A DNA stretch of 64,000 nt from NCBI GenBank assembly GCA_963708025.1, contig CAVPSB010000019.1:294156-358155 (forward strand), written 5' to 3'. How positions within the stretch are numbered: position 1 is the first letter of the stretch; each line of letters opens with the position of its first letter. Under the pieces are notes generated by a model. The model ran no database searches. It saw only the letters and a program-made list of their open reading frames with translations, and was not told the DNA's origin. Below, piece after piece: positions 37,949 through 46,728 of this stretch. Source of the DNA: an uncultured Candidatus Rokubacteria bacterium. Its GTDB lineage: Bacteria > Methylomirabilota > Methylomirabilia > Rokubacteriales > DASRDR01. The translations under genes and the position numbers were made by a program.

Positions 37949-38869
37949 GTGGCTCCCGTCGTGCTCGCCCGCCAGCTCGTCAAGCGCTACGGCCCGCTCG
38001 AGGCCGTCCGCGGGATCGACTTCGCGGTCGGCGAGCGGGAGTGCTTCGGCTTCCTCGGGCCGAACGGCGCCGGGAAGACGACCACGATGCGGATGATCGC
38101 CTGCGCGTCGCCGCCGACCGCCGGCGCCCTCGCGGTCCTCGGCCAGCCGGTCGCCCGGGCCCGCGAGATCAAGCGGCGCATGGGCGTGGTTCCCCAGGAG
38201 AACAACCTCGACGAGGCGGTCACGGTCCTCGAGAACCTGGTCATCTACGCCCGGTACTTCGACATCCCGCCGCGCCGCTCCCGGCCGAAGGCGGAGGAGC
38301 TGCTCCGCTTCGTCGCCCTCGACGACAAGCGGGACTGGCCCATCCCGCGGCTCTCGGGCGGGATGAAGCGGCGCCTGCTCATCGCCCGGGCGCTCATGAA
38401 CGAGCCGGTGCTCCTGATCCTCGACGAGCCCACGACCGGCCTCGACCCCCAGGCCCGGCACCTGGCCTGGGAGAAGCTCCGCGCGCTCAAGCGCCAGGGC
38501 GTGACCCTCGTGCTGACGACCCACTACATGGAGGAGGCCGCCCAGCTCTGCGACCGGCTGGTGATCATGCACGAAGGGCGCATCCTCGTCGAGGGAGCGC
38601 CGCGGGAGCTGATCGCGCGGGAGACCTCGCCCCAGGTGGTGGAGGTGTTCGAGCCGCCCGCCGACGCGCTGGCCGGGCTGGCCCGCCTCGAGCCGCGGGC
38701 CGAGCGGGTCGAGCGGCTGGCCGACCGCTGGCTCTTCTACACGCGGGACGGCGAGCGGCTGCTGGCCGAGATCCGCGCGGTCGTGCCCGACCGGGGCGCC
38801 GTCTGGCTCCGCGGCGGGACGCTGGAGGACGTCTTTCTGCGCCTGACCGGCCGGGGCCTCCTCGAGTGA
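37949..38869 (+). CDS. ABC exporter ATP-binding subunit (NodI-like)
   Basis: GPNGAGKTT, LSGGMKRR, LDEPTTGLDPQ, THYMEEA. Confidence 0.92.
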   Translation: MAPVVLARQLVKRYGPLEAVRGIDFAVGERECFGFLGPNGAGKTTTMRMIACASPPTAGALAVLGQPVARAREIKRRMGVVPQENNLDEAVTVLENLVIYARYFDIPPRRSRPKAEELLRFVALDDKRDWPIPRLSGGMKRRLLIARALMNEPVLLILDEPTTGLDPQARHLAWEKLRALKRQGVTLVLTTHYMEEAAQLCDRLVIMHEGRILVEGAPRELIARETSPQVVEVFEPPADALAGLARLEPRAERVERLADRWLFYTRDGERLLAEIRAVVPDRGAVWLRGGTLEDVFLRLTGRGLLE

Positions 38870-38909
38870 GAGCCCTCGTTCCCTCTCCCCCTCGGGGGGA
38901 GAGGGCAGG

Positions 38910-39710
38910 GTGAGGGGTCCTCGGGTGGGCGCCCTCCTCCGCTGGCCCGACGTCCGGCTCCGCGCGGCCTGGCGGCTCTGGCAGCGGAACGCCGCCATCT
39001 ACCGGCGGACCTGGATGGTCAACATCCTGCCGAACTTCTTCGAGCCGTTCCTCTACCTCGTCGCGATGGGCCTCGGGCTCGGGATCTACCTCGAGGCGAT
39101 CGACGGCGTTCGCTATCTCGATTTCATCGCGCCGGGGCTCGTGGCGGTGGCCGCCATGAACGGCTCCTCGTTCGAGGTGACCTACAACTGCTTCGTGAAG
39201 ATGCACTTCGGGCGGGTCTACGACGCGGTGCTGGCGACCCCGCTCTCCGTCGAGGACATCGGGCTCGGCGAGCTGCTCTGGGCGACGAGCCGCTCGCTCA
39301 TCTACGGGGTGGTGTTCCTGGGGATCGCCGCGGCGTTCGGGGTGGTGCACACGCCGCTCGTGCTGCTGGCGCCGGTCGCCATCGCCCTCGTCGGGCTCCA
39401 CTTCGCGGTGGTGGGGCTGGCCTTCTCGGCGGCCATCCCGCTGATCGACTACTTCACCTACTACTGGACGATCTTCCTGACGCCGATGTTCCTCTTCGCC
39501 GGGGTCTTCTTCCCGCTCGACCGGCTCCCGCCGTGGGTCGGCGTCGTGGCCTGGTTCATGCCGCTCCACCAGGCGGTGGTCCTGATGCGGGCCCTCATGC
39601 TGACCGGCGACGTGGGCCAGGCGGCCTCGGCGGCGGCCTGGCTGGTCGTCGTCACCGCGGTGCTCTTCCCGCTCCCGCTGGCCCTGCTCCGCCGCCGCCT
39701 CGTCCGCTGA
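38910..39710 (+). CDS. ABC-2 permease (NodJ-like)
   Basis: EPFLYL, YLDFIAPG, TPMFLFAGVFFP..LP. Confidence 0.88.
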   Translation: MRGPRVGALLRWPDVRLRAAWRLWQRNAAIYRRTWMVNILPNFFEPFLYLVAMGLGLGIYLEAIDGVRYLDFIAPGLVAVAAMNGSSFEVTYNCFVKMHFGRVYDAVLATPLSVEDIGLGELLWATSRSLIYGVVFLGIAAAFGVVHTPLVLLAPVAIALVGLHFAVVGLAFSAAIPLIDYFTYYWTIFLTPMFLFAGVFFPLDRLPPWVGVVAWFMPLHQAVVLMRALMLTGDVGQAASAAAWLVVVTAVLFPLPLALLRRRLVR

Positions 39711-39765
39711 TCACCGGGCGCCGAATCCTTGACCGGCGCGGACTTGCGTGCTCTCATACCCGGGT

Positions 39766-41763
39766 ATGCGGCTCGACCAGATCCCCTTCCGCGACACCTT
39801 CTGGAACGTTCCGCCGTGGGCCCAGTTCGTCCTCTACGCGCTCTCGGTCGTGGCCATCGGGGTCTTCGCCCTCGGCCTCTGGCAGCGGGTGACCCTCTGG
39901 CGGGAAGGGAAGCCGGAGAGCCGGTGGGACCGGGTCCCGGAGCGCATCGGCCTGGTCGTGCGCCACGCGCTGCTCCAGGGCCGCACGCTGACCCAGCGCT
40001 ACCCGGGGGTGATGCATGCCCTGATGTTCTGGGGCTTCTGCGTCCTGTTCCTGGGGACGGTGCTGGCGACGATCGACTACGACCTCCTGTGGGCGCCGTT
40101 CGGCGTGAAGCTTCTCAAGGGCCCGTTCTACCTCGTCTACGAGCTGAGCCTCGACGCCTTCGGCCTCTTCTTCGTCCTCGGGCTCGCCATCGCGCTCTTC
40201 CGGCGCTTCGTCCAGCGCCCGAAGCGCATCGACCCGACGCCGCACTTCGCCTTCGTCCTCGGCCTGCTCCTCGTGATCAACGTGACCGGCTTCGTCCTGG
40301 AGGCCTGCCGGCTGGCCGTGGTGGAGCCCTGGTGGGGGCGGTGGTCGCCGGTCGGCTGGGCGCTGGGGCGAGGGTTCCTCGCGCTCGGGCTGAGCGAGCC
40401 GGCCCTCCGCGGGCTCCACCTGGGCACCTGGCTCTTCCACTTCGCCGTCTCGTTCGCGTTCATCGCGATCATCCCGTACACGTACTTCATCCACCTGATC
40501 ACGACGCCGCTCAACATCTTCTTCTCGCGCCTGCGGCCCCAGGGGGAGCTACTCCCCATCCTGAACATCGAGGAGGCGGAGTCCCTCGGCGTGTCGAAGA
40601 TGGAGGAGTTCTCCTGGAAGCGGCGGCTCGACTTCGACGCCTGCACCATGTGCGGGCGCTGCCAGGCCGTCTGCCCGGCGCACCTGGCCGGGACGTCGCT
40701 CAACCCGAAGCAGATCATCCTGAAGCTGCGCGCGCTCATGCATTCTCCGGATGGGGCCAACGGGAAGGCGATCCACGGCGAGACGATCACGCCCGAGGAG
40801 CTGTGGGCCTGCACGACCTGCAACGCGTGCGTGGAGGCCTGCCCGGCCTTCATCGAGATCGTGGACACGATCGTGGACCTCCGCCGCTACCTGTCGCTCT
40901 CCGAGGGGGCGCTCCCGGGCACGGCGGGAACCAGCCTCCAGAACATGCAGCGGGCGGGGAACCCGTGGGGGCTCGCCGCCGCCGACCGGCTCGCCTGGGC
41001 CGAGGGGCTCGACGTCCCGCGCCTCCAGGAGGGCCAGGAGGTCGAGTACCTCTACTGGGTGGGCTGCTCGGCGTCCTACGACCGGCGCAACCAGGCGATC
41101 GCGCGGGCGGTGGTCAAGATCCTCAAGGCGGCCGGCGTCTCCTTCGCGGTGATGCCGGAGGAGAAGTGCAACGGCGACGCCGCCCGGCGGCTCGGCGAGG
41201 AGTACGCCTACCAGACGCTGGCCACCGAGAACGTCGGGAACCTCCAGCGCTACCGCTTCCGGAAGGTCATCACGGCCTGCCCCCACTGCTTCAACACGAT
41301 CGGGAACGAGTACCGGCAGTTCGGCGGCGAGTTCGAGGTGCGGCACCACTCGGTGGTCATCGCCGAGCTGGTGCGGGCCGGCCGGGTCCGGCTCACCCGC
41401 CCGCGCGAGGAGCTGCTCACCTTCCACGACTCCTGCTACCTCGGCCGCTACAACGGGATCTTCGAGGCGCCGCGGGAGACCCTGCGCGCCATCCCCGGCC
41501 TCCAGCTCGTGGAGATGCCGCGGAGCCGGAACAAGGGGCTCTGCTGCGGCGGGGGCGGCGGCCACATGTGGATGGAGGTGCGGGGCGAGCGGCGGATCAA
41601 CGAGATCCGGGTCGAGGAGGCGCTGACCACCCGCGCGAGGACCGTGGGGACCGCCTGCCCGTTCTGCATGGCCATGGTGGACCTCGGCCGGAAGGTCAAG
41701 GGTGTGGAGGAGACGCTCCAGGTGAAGGACATCGCCGAATTGGTCGCGGAGGCGCTCGAATGA
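39766..41763 (+). CDS. FadF/HdrD-like membrane Fe-S oxidoreductase
   Basis: N-terminal TM (NarI-like) region, CTMCGRCQAVCP and CTTCNACVEACP 4Fe-4S motifs, two CCG domains (WVGC, HDSCY, CCGGGGG, ACPFC). Confidence 0.9.
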   Translation: MRLDQIPFRDTFWNVPPWAQFVLYALSVVAIGVFALGLWQRVTLWREGKPESRWDRVPERIGLVVRHALLQGRTLTQRYPGVMHALMFWGFCVLFLGTVLATIDYDLLWAPFGVKLLKGPFYLVYELSLDAFGLFFVLGLAIALFRRFVQRPKRIDPTPHFAFVLGLLLVINVTGFVLEACRLAVVEPWWGRWSPVGWALGRGFLALGLSEPALRGLHLGTWLFHFAVSFAFIAIIPYTYFIHLITTPLNIFFSRLRPQGELLPILNIEEAESLGVSKMEEFSWKRRLDFDACTMCGRCQAVCPAHLAGTSLNPKQIILKLRALMHSPDGANGKAIHGETITPEELWACTTCNACVEACPAFIEIVDTIVDLRRYLSLSEGALPGTAGTSLQNMQRAGNPWGLAAADRLAWAEGLDVPRLQEGQEVEYLYWVGCSASYDRRNQAIARAVVKILKAAGVSFAVMPEEKCNGDAARRLGEEYAYQTLATENVGNLQRYRFRKVITACPHCFNTIGNEYRQFGGEFEVRHHSVVIAELVRAGRVRLTRPREELLTFHDSCYLGRYNGIFEAPRETLRAIPGLQLVEMPRSRNKGLCCGGGGGHMWMEVRGERRINEIRVEEALTTRARTVGTACPFCMAMVDLGRKVKGVEETLQVKDIAELVAEALE

Positions 41764-42662
41764 CCGTCCCGGGCCGATACCCGTCGCGCCGGGTCGTCCT
41801 CGGTCGTCGGCGGGCCTCAACGTATGCGGCATACGCCTCGGCCCGCCTCCTCCCTGCGTCCTACCGGCGCTCGGGTCTCGCCCCGGGACGGCTTCACCGC
41901 TTGGTCACGCTCACTCTTGTCTGGGCGCTGGGGCTGGCGCTGGCCGGGCCGGCCGCCGCTCAGCTCGGGGTCAACGGCGCCAAGGCCTACGACATGGCCC
42001 ACGCGGCCGACGACGCCGCCCGGGTCGCGCAGGAGGAGGGTCTGGAGGTCCTGAGGCAGCTCCAGGACCTGAGAGCCGGGAGCCGCGACGCCGACGCGCT
42101 CAAGCTGCTGCAGGAGCAGGGTGACGCCGCCGCCGAGGCCCTCGGCGGATTCCGGCGACAGACCCAGGCGAGCACGGACGAGACGATGGCGCTCCTGGCC
42201 GAGCTGATGCGCCTCGGGAGCAGCGTCGAGGCGAGCCGCCGGCAGCAGGCGGAGCAGCGCGCACTGCTCAGCGCCTACGAGGCCGCGGTCATGGCCGCCC
42301 GGGCGCGGAGCCAAGCCGAGCGGCTCCGCGCGCTCCACGCCGAGGGGCGCGCGCTGCTCGCCGGGGGCAGTCCCGGCGCGCCGCCGGCCACTGCCCGGGC
42401 GCCCCGCGCGAAGCCCGAGGCGCCGGCGACCGGCGCCGGTCCCAACGACGTCCTGGTCCCGAACGTCGTGGGCGCCCGTCTGGACTCCGCCACCCGCGAG
42501 CTCGAGACGGCCGGGCTCCGGCTCGGGCCGACGACGGGACCGCGCGATGGCTTCGTCGTGAAGCAGACCCCGGCGCCTGGCGCCGTGGCGCCGCGCCAGG
42601 CCGGGGTGAGCCTCACCCTGTCGGCCACCGCGGCGAGCGTGACGGACCTCCCGCCCCGGTGA
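41760..42662 (+). CDS. Exported coiled-coil protein with C-terminal PASTA domain (true start probably near 41901)
   Basis: Signal-like LVWALGLALAGPAAAQ; VPNVVG..LETAGL..VVKQTPAPG..VSLTLS. Confidence 0.7.
   Translation: MTVPGRYPSRRVVLGRRRASTYAAYASARLLPASYRRSGLAPGRLHRLVTLTLVWALGLALAGPAAAQLGVNGAKAYDMAHAADDAARVAQEEGLEVLRQLQDLRAGSRDADALKLLQEQGDAAAEALGGFRRQTQASTDETMALLAELMRLGSSVEASRRQQAEQRALLSAYEAAVMAARARSQAERLRALHAEGRALLAGGSPGAPPATARAPRAKPEAPATGAGPNDVLVPNVVGARLDSATRELETAGLRLGPTTGPRDGFVVKQTPAPGAVAPRQAGVSLTLSATAASVTDLPPR
41764..41891. repeat. 128-bp nested palindromic element with 10-bp terminal inverted repeats (MITE/REP-like)
   Basis: CCGTCCCGGG / CCCGGGACGG ends; inner GGCGGGCC / GGCCCGCC and CGTATG-CGG-CATACG stems. 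Confidence 0.55.
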
Positions 42663-42669
42663 TCCCGGC

Positions 42670-43038
42670 GTGCGCTTCCGGACCCTCCGCGAGCTGGCCT
42701 TCCTCCTCCCGCAGCTCGCCGGGCTGATCGCCCGCCTCGCCGCCGATCCGGGCGTGCCCCGGCGGATCAAGGCGATCCTCGCAGTCACCGCGGTCTTCCT
42801 GGCGAGCCCGATCGACCTCATTCCCGACTTCGTTCCGGTCCTCGGCTACCTCGACGACGTCGTCTTGGTCGCCATCGTCCTCGACGGGCTCCTCAACCAC
42901 GTGAGCCGCGACCTCCTGCTCCGGCACTGGCCGGGCGACGCCGCGAGCCTCGAGCGGACGGCCGCCGCCGCCGCGCGCGTCGCGGCCTGGGTCCCCCGGC
43001 GCTTCAAGGCGCGGGTGTTCGGCGGCGCGACCGGGTGA
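42670..43038 (+). CDS. DUF1232/YkvA family membrane protein
   Basis: SPIDLIPDFVPVLGYLDD. Confidence 0.9.
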   Translation: MRFRTLRELAFLLPQLAGLIARLAADPGVPRRIKAILAVTAVFLASPIDLIPDFVPVLGYLDDVVLVAIVLDGLLNHVSRDLLLRHWPGDAASLERTAAAAARVAAWVPRRFKARVFGGATG

Positions 43039-44816
43039 TGACCCCCGACTGGCTCGACGCGATCGAGGCGCGGCTCGGGGTCCCGCCGGACGAGGGGCCG
43101 GACCGGGTCCTGCCGCTCGCCGAGCTGGTCCGCCGCCACGTCCGGCCCGGCATGAGCCTCCACCTGTCCACCGCGCACGTGCGGGCGAACGCGCTGGTCT
43201 ACGAGCTGGTGCGCCGCTTCCGGGGCGGCGATCCGGGCTTCACGGCGATCGCCCTGGGGCTGACCGGCTCGTGGGTCGCGCTGGTCCACGCCGGCCTCGC
43301 GCGGCGCGTGGTGACCTCCTTCTGCGGCGAGAGCTACCCGAGCCCCGCCCCGAGCCCGCTCGTCGACGCGGCCTGGCGGGAGGGCCGCGTCGAGATCCAG
43401 AACTGGTCGATCCTGACGCTGCCGCTCCGGCTCCTGGCCGGCGCCATGGGCCTCCCGTTCCTCCCGACGCGCTCGCTCCTCGGATCCACGATGGAGGAGG
43501 CGAACCAGCCGGACCTCGTCGTGCAGCGCGAGACCTTCGACGGCACGCCGGTCGCCCTCGTCCGCGCGCTCGTCCCCGACCTCTCGCTCGTCCACGGCCT
43601 CGTCGCCGACCGGGCCGGGAACACGCTGCTGCCCCCGCCGGTCGGCGAGGGCGTCTACGGCGCGCTCGCCGCCCGCGAGGGCGCCCTCGTCACCGTCGAG
43701 CGCATCGTGCCGACCGAGGTGATCCGCCGCCACGCGGGCTTGGTGCGGCTGCCGGCCGCCTACGTGCGCGGCGTCGCCGAGGCGCCGCTCGGCGGCCATC
43801 CCGGCGGCATGGCGAGCCCGCTCGCCCCCGAGGTCCCGGGCTACGCCGAGGACTACGCCTTCGCCCGCGCGCAGCGGGAGGCGTTCGCGACCCCGGCCGG
43901 GGCCGACGCGTGGCTCCGCGAGTGGGTCCTGGACGCGCCGACGCCGGCCGACTTCGTCCACCGGCTCGGGGCGGATCGGGTCGCGGCGCTCCGGGCGGGG
44001 GCCGCGCCCGAGGCGTGGCGGGCCGAGCTGCGCGAGCTCGCGCCGGCGATCCCGGACACCGCGGCGTACAGCCCGGGGGAGATGCTCGCCGTCGCGGCGG
44101 GCCGGCGCGTGGCCGAGCGCGTCCGCGCCGCCGGCCACGCGACGCTCCTCGCCGGCATCGGCGTCTCCAACCTCGCCGCCTGGCTGGCCGCCTACCGGCT
44201 GAAGGGCGAGGGGGTGCCCGTCGAGCTGATGGCGGAGATCGGGATGTTCGGCTACCTGCCGCGCGGCGCCGACCCGTTCATCTTCTCGACCCGCAACCTG
44301 CCGACGGCCAAGTCCCTCAGCGACATCCTGACCGTGATGGGCCAGCTCATGGGCGGGCGGTGGAACCGCTGCCTCGGCGTCCTCGGGGCCGGGCAGGTGG
44401 ACCGCGCCGGCAACCTCAACTCGACGCTCCTGCCCGGGCGCCGGTACCTGACGGGCTCGGGCGGCGCCAACGACGTCGGCTCGACGGCGGCCGAGGTCCT
44501 GGTGGCGGCGAGCCAGGACCGCCACCGCTTCGTGGACAAGGTCGGCTACGTGACCGCGCCGGGGCGCGCCGTGCGGACGGTGGTCTCGCAGCTCGGGATC
44601 TTCGAGAAGGCGGAGGCCCACGGGGACCTCGTCCTGACCGCGTACCTGCCGACGGCGGGCGCGACGGCCGAGGCGGCGGTGGAGGCGATCCGGGCGGCGT
44701 GCGGCTGGGAGCTGCGGGTGGCGCCGGCGCTCGGGGCCGAGCCCCCGCCGACGGCCGAGGAGCTCCGGCTCCTGCGCGCGTTCGATCCCCGGCGCCAATT
44801 CCTCGGACCCCTCTGA
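43035..44816 (+). CDS. Fused family I CoA-transferase (glutaconate CoA-transferase alpha+beta-like)
   Basis: GAMGLPFLPTRSLLGS, ADRAGN; beta part LGAGQVDRAGNLNST, GSGGANDV. Confidence 0.85.
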   Translation: MMTPDWLDAIEARLGVPPDEGPDRVLPLAELVRRHVRPGMSLHLSTAHVRANALVYELVRRFRGGDPGFTAIALGLTGSWVALVHAGLARRVVTSFCGESYPSPAPSPLVDAAWREGRVEIQNWSILTLPLRLLAGAMGLPFLPTRSLLGSTMEEANQPDLVVQRETFDGTPVALVRALVPDLSLVHGLVADRAGNTLLPPPVGEGVYGALAAREGALVTVERIVPTEVIRRHAGLVRLPAAYVRGVAEAPLGGHPGGMASPLAPEVPGYAEDYAFARAQREAFATPAGADAWLREWVLDAPTPADFVHRLGADRVAALRAGAAPEAWRAELRELAPAIPDTAAYSPGEMLAVAAGRRVAERVRAAGHATLLAGIGVSNLAAWLAAYRLKGEGVPVELMAEIGMFGYLPRGADPFIFSTRNLPTAKSLSDILTVMGQLMGGRWNRCLGVLGAGQVDRAGNLNSTLLPGRRYLTGSGGANDVGSTAAEVLVAASQDRHRFVDKVGYVTAPGRAVRTVVSQLGIFEKAEAHGDLVLTAYLPTAGATAEAAVEAIRAACGWELRVAPALGAEPPPTAEELRLLRAFDPRRQFLGPL

Positions 44817-45005
44817 GGAAGCGCCTGAACGAATGAATCTCCGTACCCTCCCTTCCCGCCGGTGGGTGGGGGAGGGGGGTTGGGGGGAGGGTGGGAGGTT
44901 CCGCGGACCGCGCTCTGCGAGCCGTTGAAGGAATAGACCCTCCTCAGCCCCCCCCCCCCCCGGTGGGTGGGGGAGGGGGGTTGGGGGGAGGGTGGGAGGT
45001 TTCGA

Positions 45006-46403
45006 ATGCTCGGCATCACCGGGTTCGGCGTCCACATCCCGCGCTATCGGCTCTCCGGCCAGACCCTGGCGGCCGTCTGGGGCGGGAGCGGCGGCGGCGA
45101 GCGCGCCGTGGCCAACCACGACGAGGACAGCCTCACGATGGCGGTCGAGGCGTCGCTGGCGGCCCTCGCGGGCCGGAGCGGCCAGGAGCTCGGCGGCGTC
45201 CTGCTGGCCACGACGACCCCGCCCTACGCCGAGAAGTCCTCGGCCGCCATCCTGGCGGCCGTCGTCGATGCCGGCCGCGACCTGTTCGTGACCGACCTGG
45301 GCGGGAGCCTGCGCGCCGGCACGACCGGCCTCCGCCTCGCGCTCGACGCCGTGCGAGCCGGCTCGGCGCGCGAGGTGCTGGTCGCCGCCGCCGACATCCG
45401 GCCGGCCCCGCCGGGTGGCGACCTCGAGGCGCTCCTCGGCGACGGCGCGGCGGCGGTGGTCGTCGGCGAGGGCGACGTGCTCGCGCGCTTCGAGGGCGCG
45501 TACTCGCTCACCCACGAGTTCTCGGACGTCTGGCGCAAGGCCGACGCCCGGTTCCCGGAGCAGGGGGATCCCCCCTTCGTCCGCGCCTACGGCTACGAGA
45601 AGCTGATCCCGGAGGCGGTGAGCGGGCTGCTGACCCGGCTCGGGCTCAAGCCGCAGGACGTCGCCCGCGTCGCCTGCTACGCGCCGGACGCCCGGCTGGC
45701 CCCCGGGATCCTCCGCGCGCTGAAGTTCCCGGACACCGCGGTGCTCCGCCTGCCGCTCCTGGCGTCGGTCGGCAACACCGGAACGGCCTCGCCGCTCCTG
45801 GCCCTCGCCGCCGCGCTGGAGGAGGCGCAGGCCGGCGACCGCGTCCTCGTCGTCGGCTACGGCTCCGGCGCCGATGCGCTCCTCTTCCAGGCCACCGAGC
45901 GGATCGAGCGGTGGGACCGCAGCCACGGCGTCACCGCGCAGCTCCGGGCCGGCCGTCCCCTCGTCCACTACGGCAAGCTCCTCCAGTTCCGCCGGCTCGT
46001 GGAGTCCGAGGTGTTGCGGGCGTTCACCAGCCTTCCGGTCATGCAGCGCGAGGAGCGGCAGGATCTTCGCCTCTACGGCCAGAAGTGCGCCGCGTGCGGC
46101 GCCGTCCAGTACCCCCGGCGACACCTCTGCTGGCAGTGCTCCGGCAAGGACCTCGGCGAGTACCGGCTCGGGCGCCGCGGGCGCGTCTTCACGTTCACCC
46201 GCGACCACCTGGTGCCCTCGCCCGACCCGCCGACGGTGATGGTCGCCGCCGACCTCGAGGGCGGCGGCCGGTTCTACACGCAGATGACCGACACCGATCC
46301 CGCCGCCGTGGAGATCGGGACCCCGGTCGAGCTGACCTTCCGCCGCTTCCACGAGGGCGGCGAGCTGGTCAACTACTTCTGGAAGTTTCGCCCGGTCCTC
46401 TGA
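45006..46403 (+). CDS. HMG-CoA synthase-like domain fused to DUF35 Zn-ribbon/OB-fold
   Basis: DEDSLTMAVEA, GDGAAA, VGNTG, GYGSGAD; C-terminal CAAC..CWQC, VELTFRR, YFWK. Confidence 0.85.
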   Translation: MLGITGFGVHIPRYRLSGQTLAAVWGGSGGGERAVANHDEDSLTMAVEASLAALAGRSGQELGGVLLATTTPPYAEKSSAAILAAVVDAGRDLFVTDLGGSLRAGTTGLRLALDAVRAGSAREVLVAAADIRPAPPGGDLEALLGDGAAAVVVGEGDVLARFEGAYSLTHEFSDVWRKADARFPEQGDPPFVRAYGYEKLIPEAVSGLLTRLGLKPQDVARVACYAPDARLAPGILRALKFPDTAVLRLPLLASVGNTGTASPLLALAAALEEAQAGDRVLVVGYGSGADALLFQATERIERWDRSHGVTAQLRAGRPLVHYGKLLQFRRLVESEVLRAFTSLPVMQREERQDLRLYGQKCAACGAVQYPRRHLCWQCSGKDLGEYRLGRRGRVFTFTRDHLVPSPDPPTVMVAADLEGGGRFYTQMTDTDPAAVEIGTPVELTFRRFHEGGELVNYFWKFRPVL

Positions 46404-46584
46404 GCGGGTTGAAAGGCCCAATCTTTCAAGAGGTTATCTTTTTGACCTCTGCCGCCGGTTGCGCCTGGGTTGCGTCCGGTTCCCCCTGGGGCATCCACCG
46501 GGCGTAGACCCGGAAGAGCACGGCGGCGCTCCGCCAGCCCCCCGCGGCTGGACGGAGTTCCCGAAGCCAGGGCCCTGTGCGCTT

Positions 46585-46728
46585 TCCCCCGTAGTCCAGT
46601 CGGATAGAGCAAGGGTTTCCTAAGAAAGAATCCCGCGCGGAGCCCCGCACGACGATTCAGTAATTCCGCGAGGTTGGGCGTCCTGCAGCACCGCCTCAGG
46701 GCGGCCTTGATGTCGCCTCTCGGGGGCA
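46585..46728 (+). pseudogene. Degenerate, interrupted tRNA-Arg(CCT)
   Basis: 5' half TCCCCCG-TA-GTCCAGTCGGATAGAGC-A-AGGGT-TTCCTAA; after about 80 nt, GCCTTGATGTC and the 3' acceptor CCTCT-CGGGGGC-A. D-stem mismatched, T-loop missing. Confidence 0.6.

Noticed and set aside
37949-39710. Nod-factor export or nodulation
   Set aside because: NodIJ-like ABC-2 exporters are widespread; no nodABC here.
28086-46421. Very long antisense or alternate-frame ORFs (e.g. 28086-31028 minus, 35467-37983 minus, 42846-46421 minus, 39729-42662 plus)
   Set aside because: Shadows of real genes in high-GC DNA; Arg/Pro/Gly-rich with no motifs.
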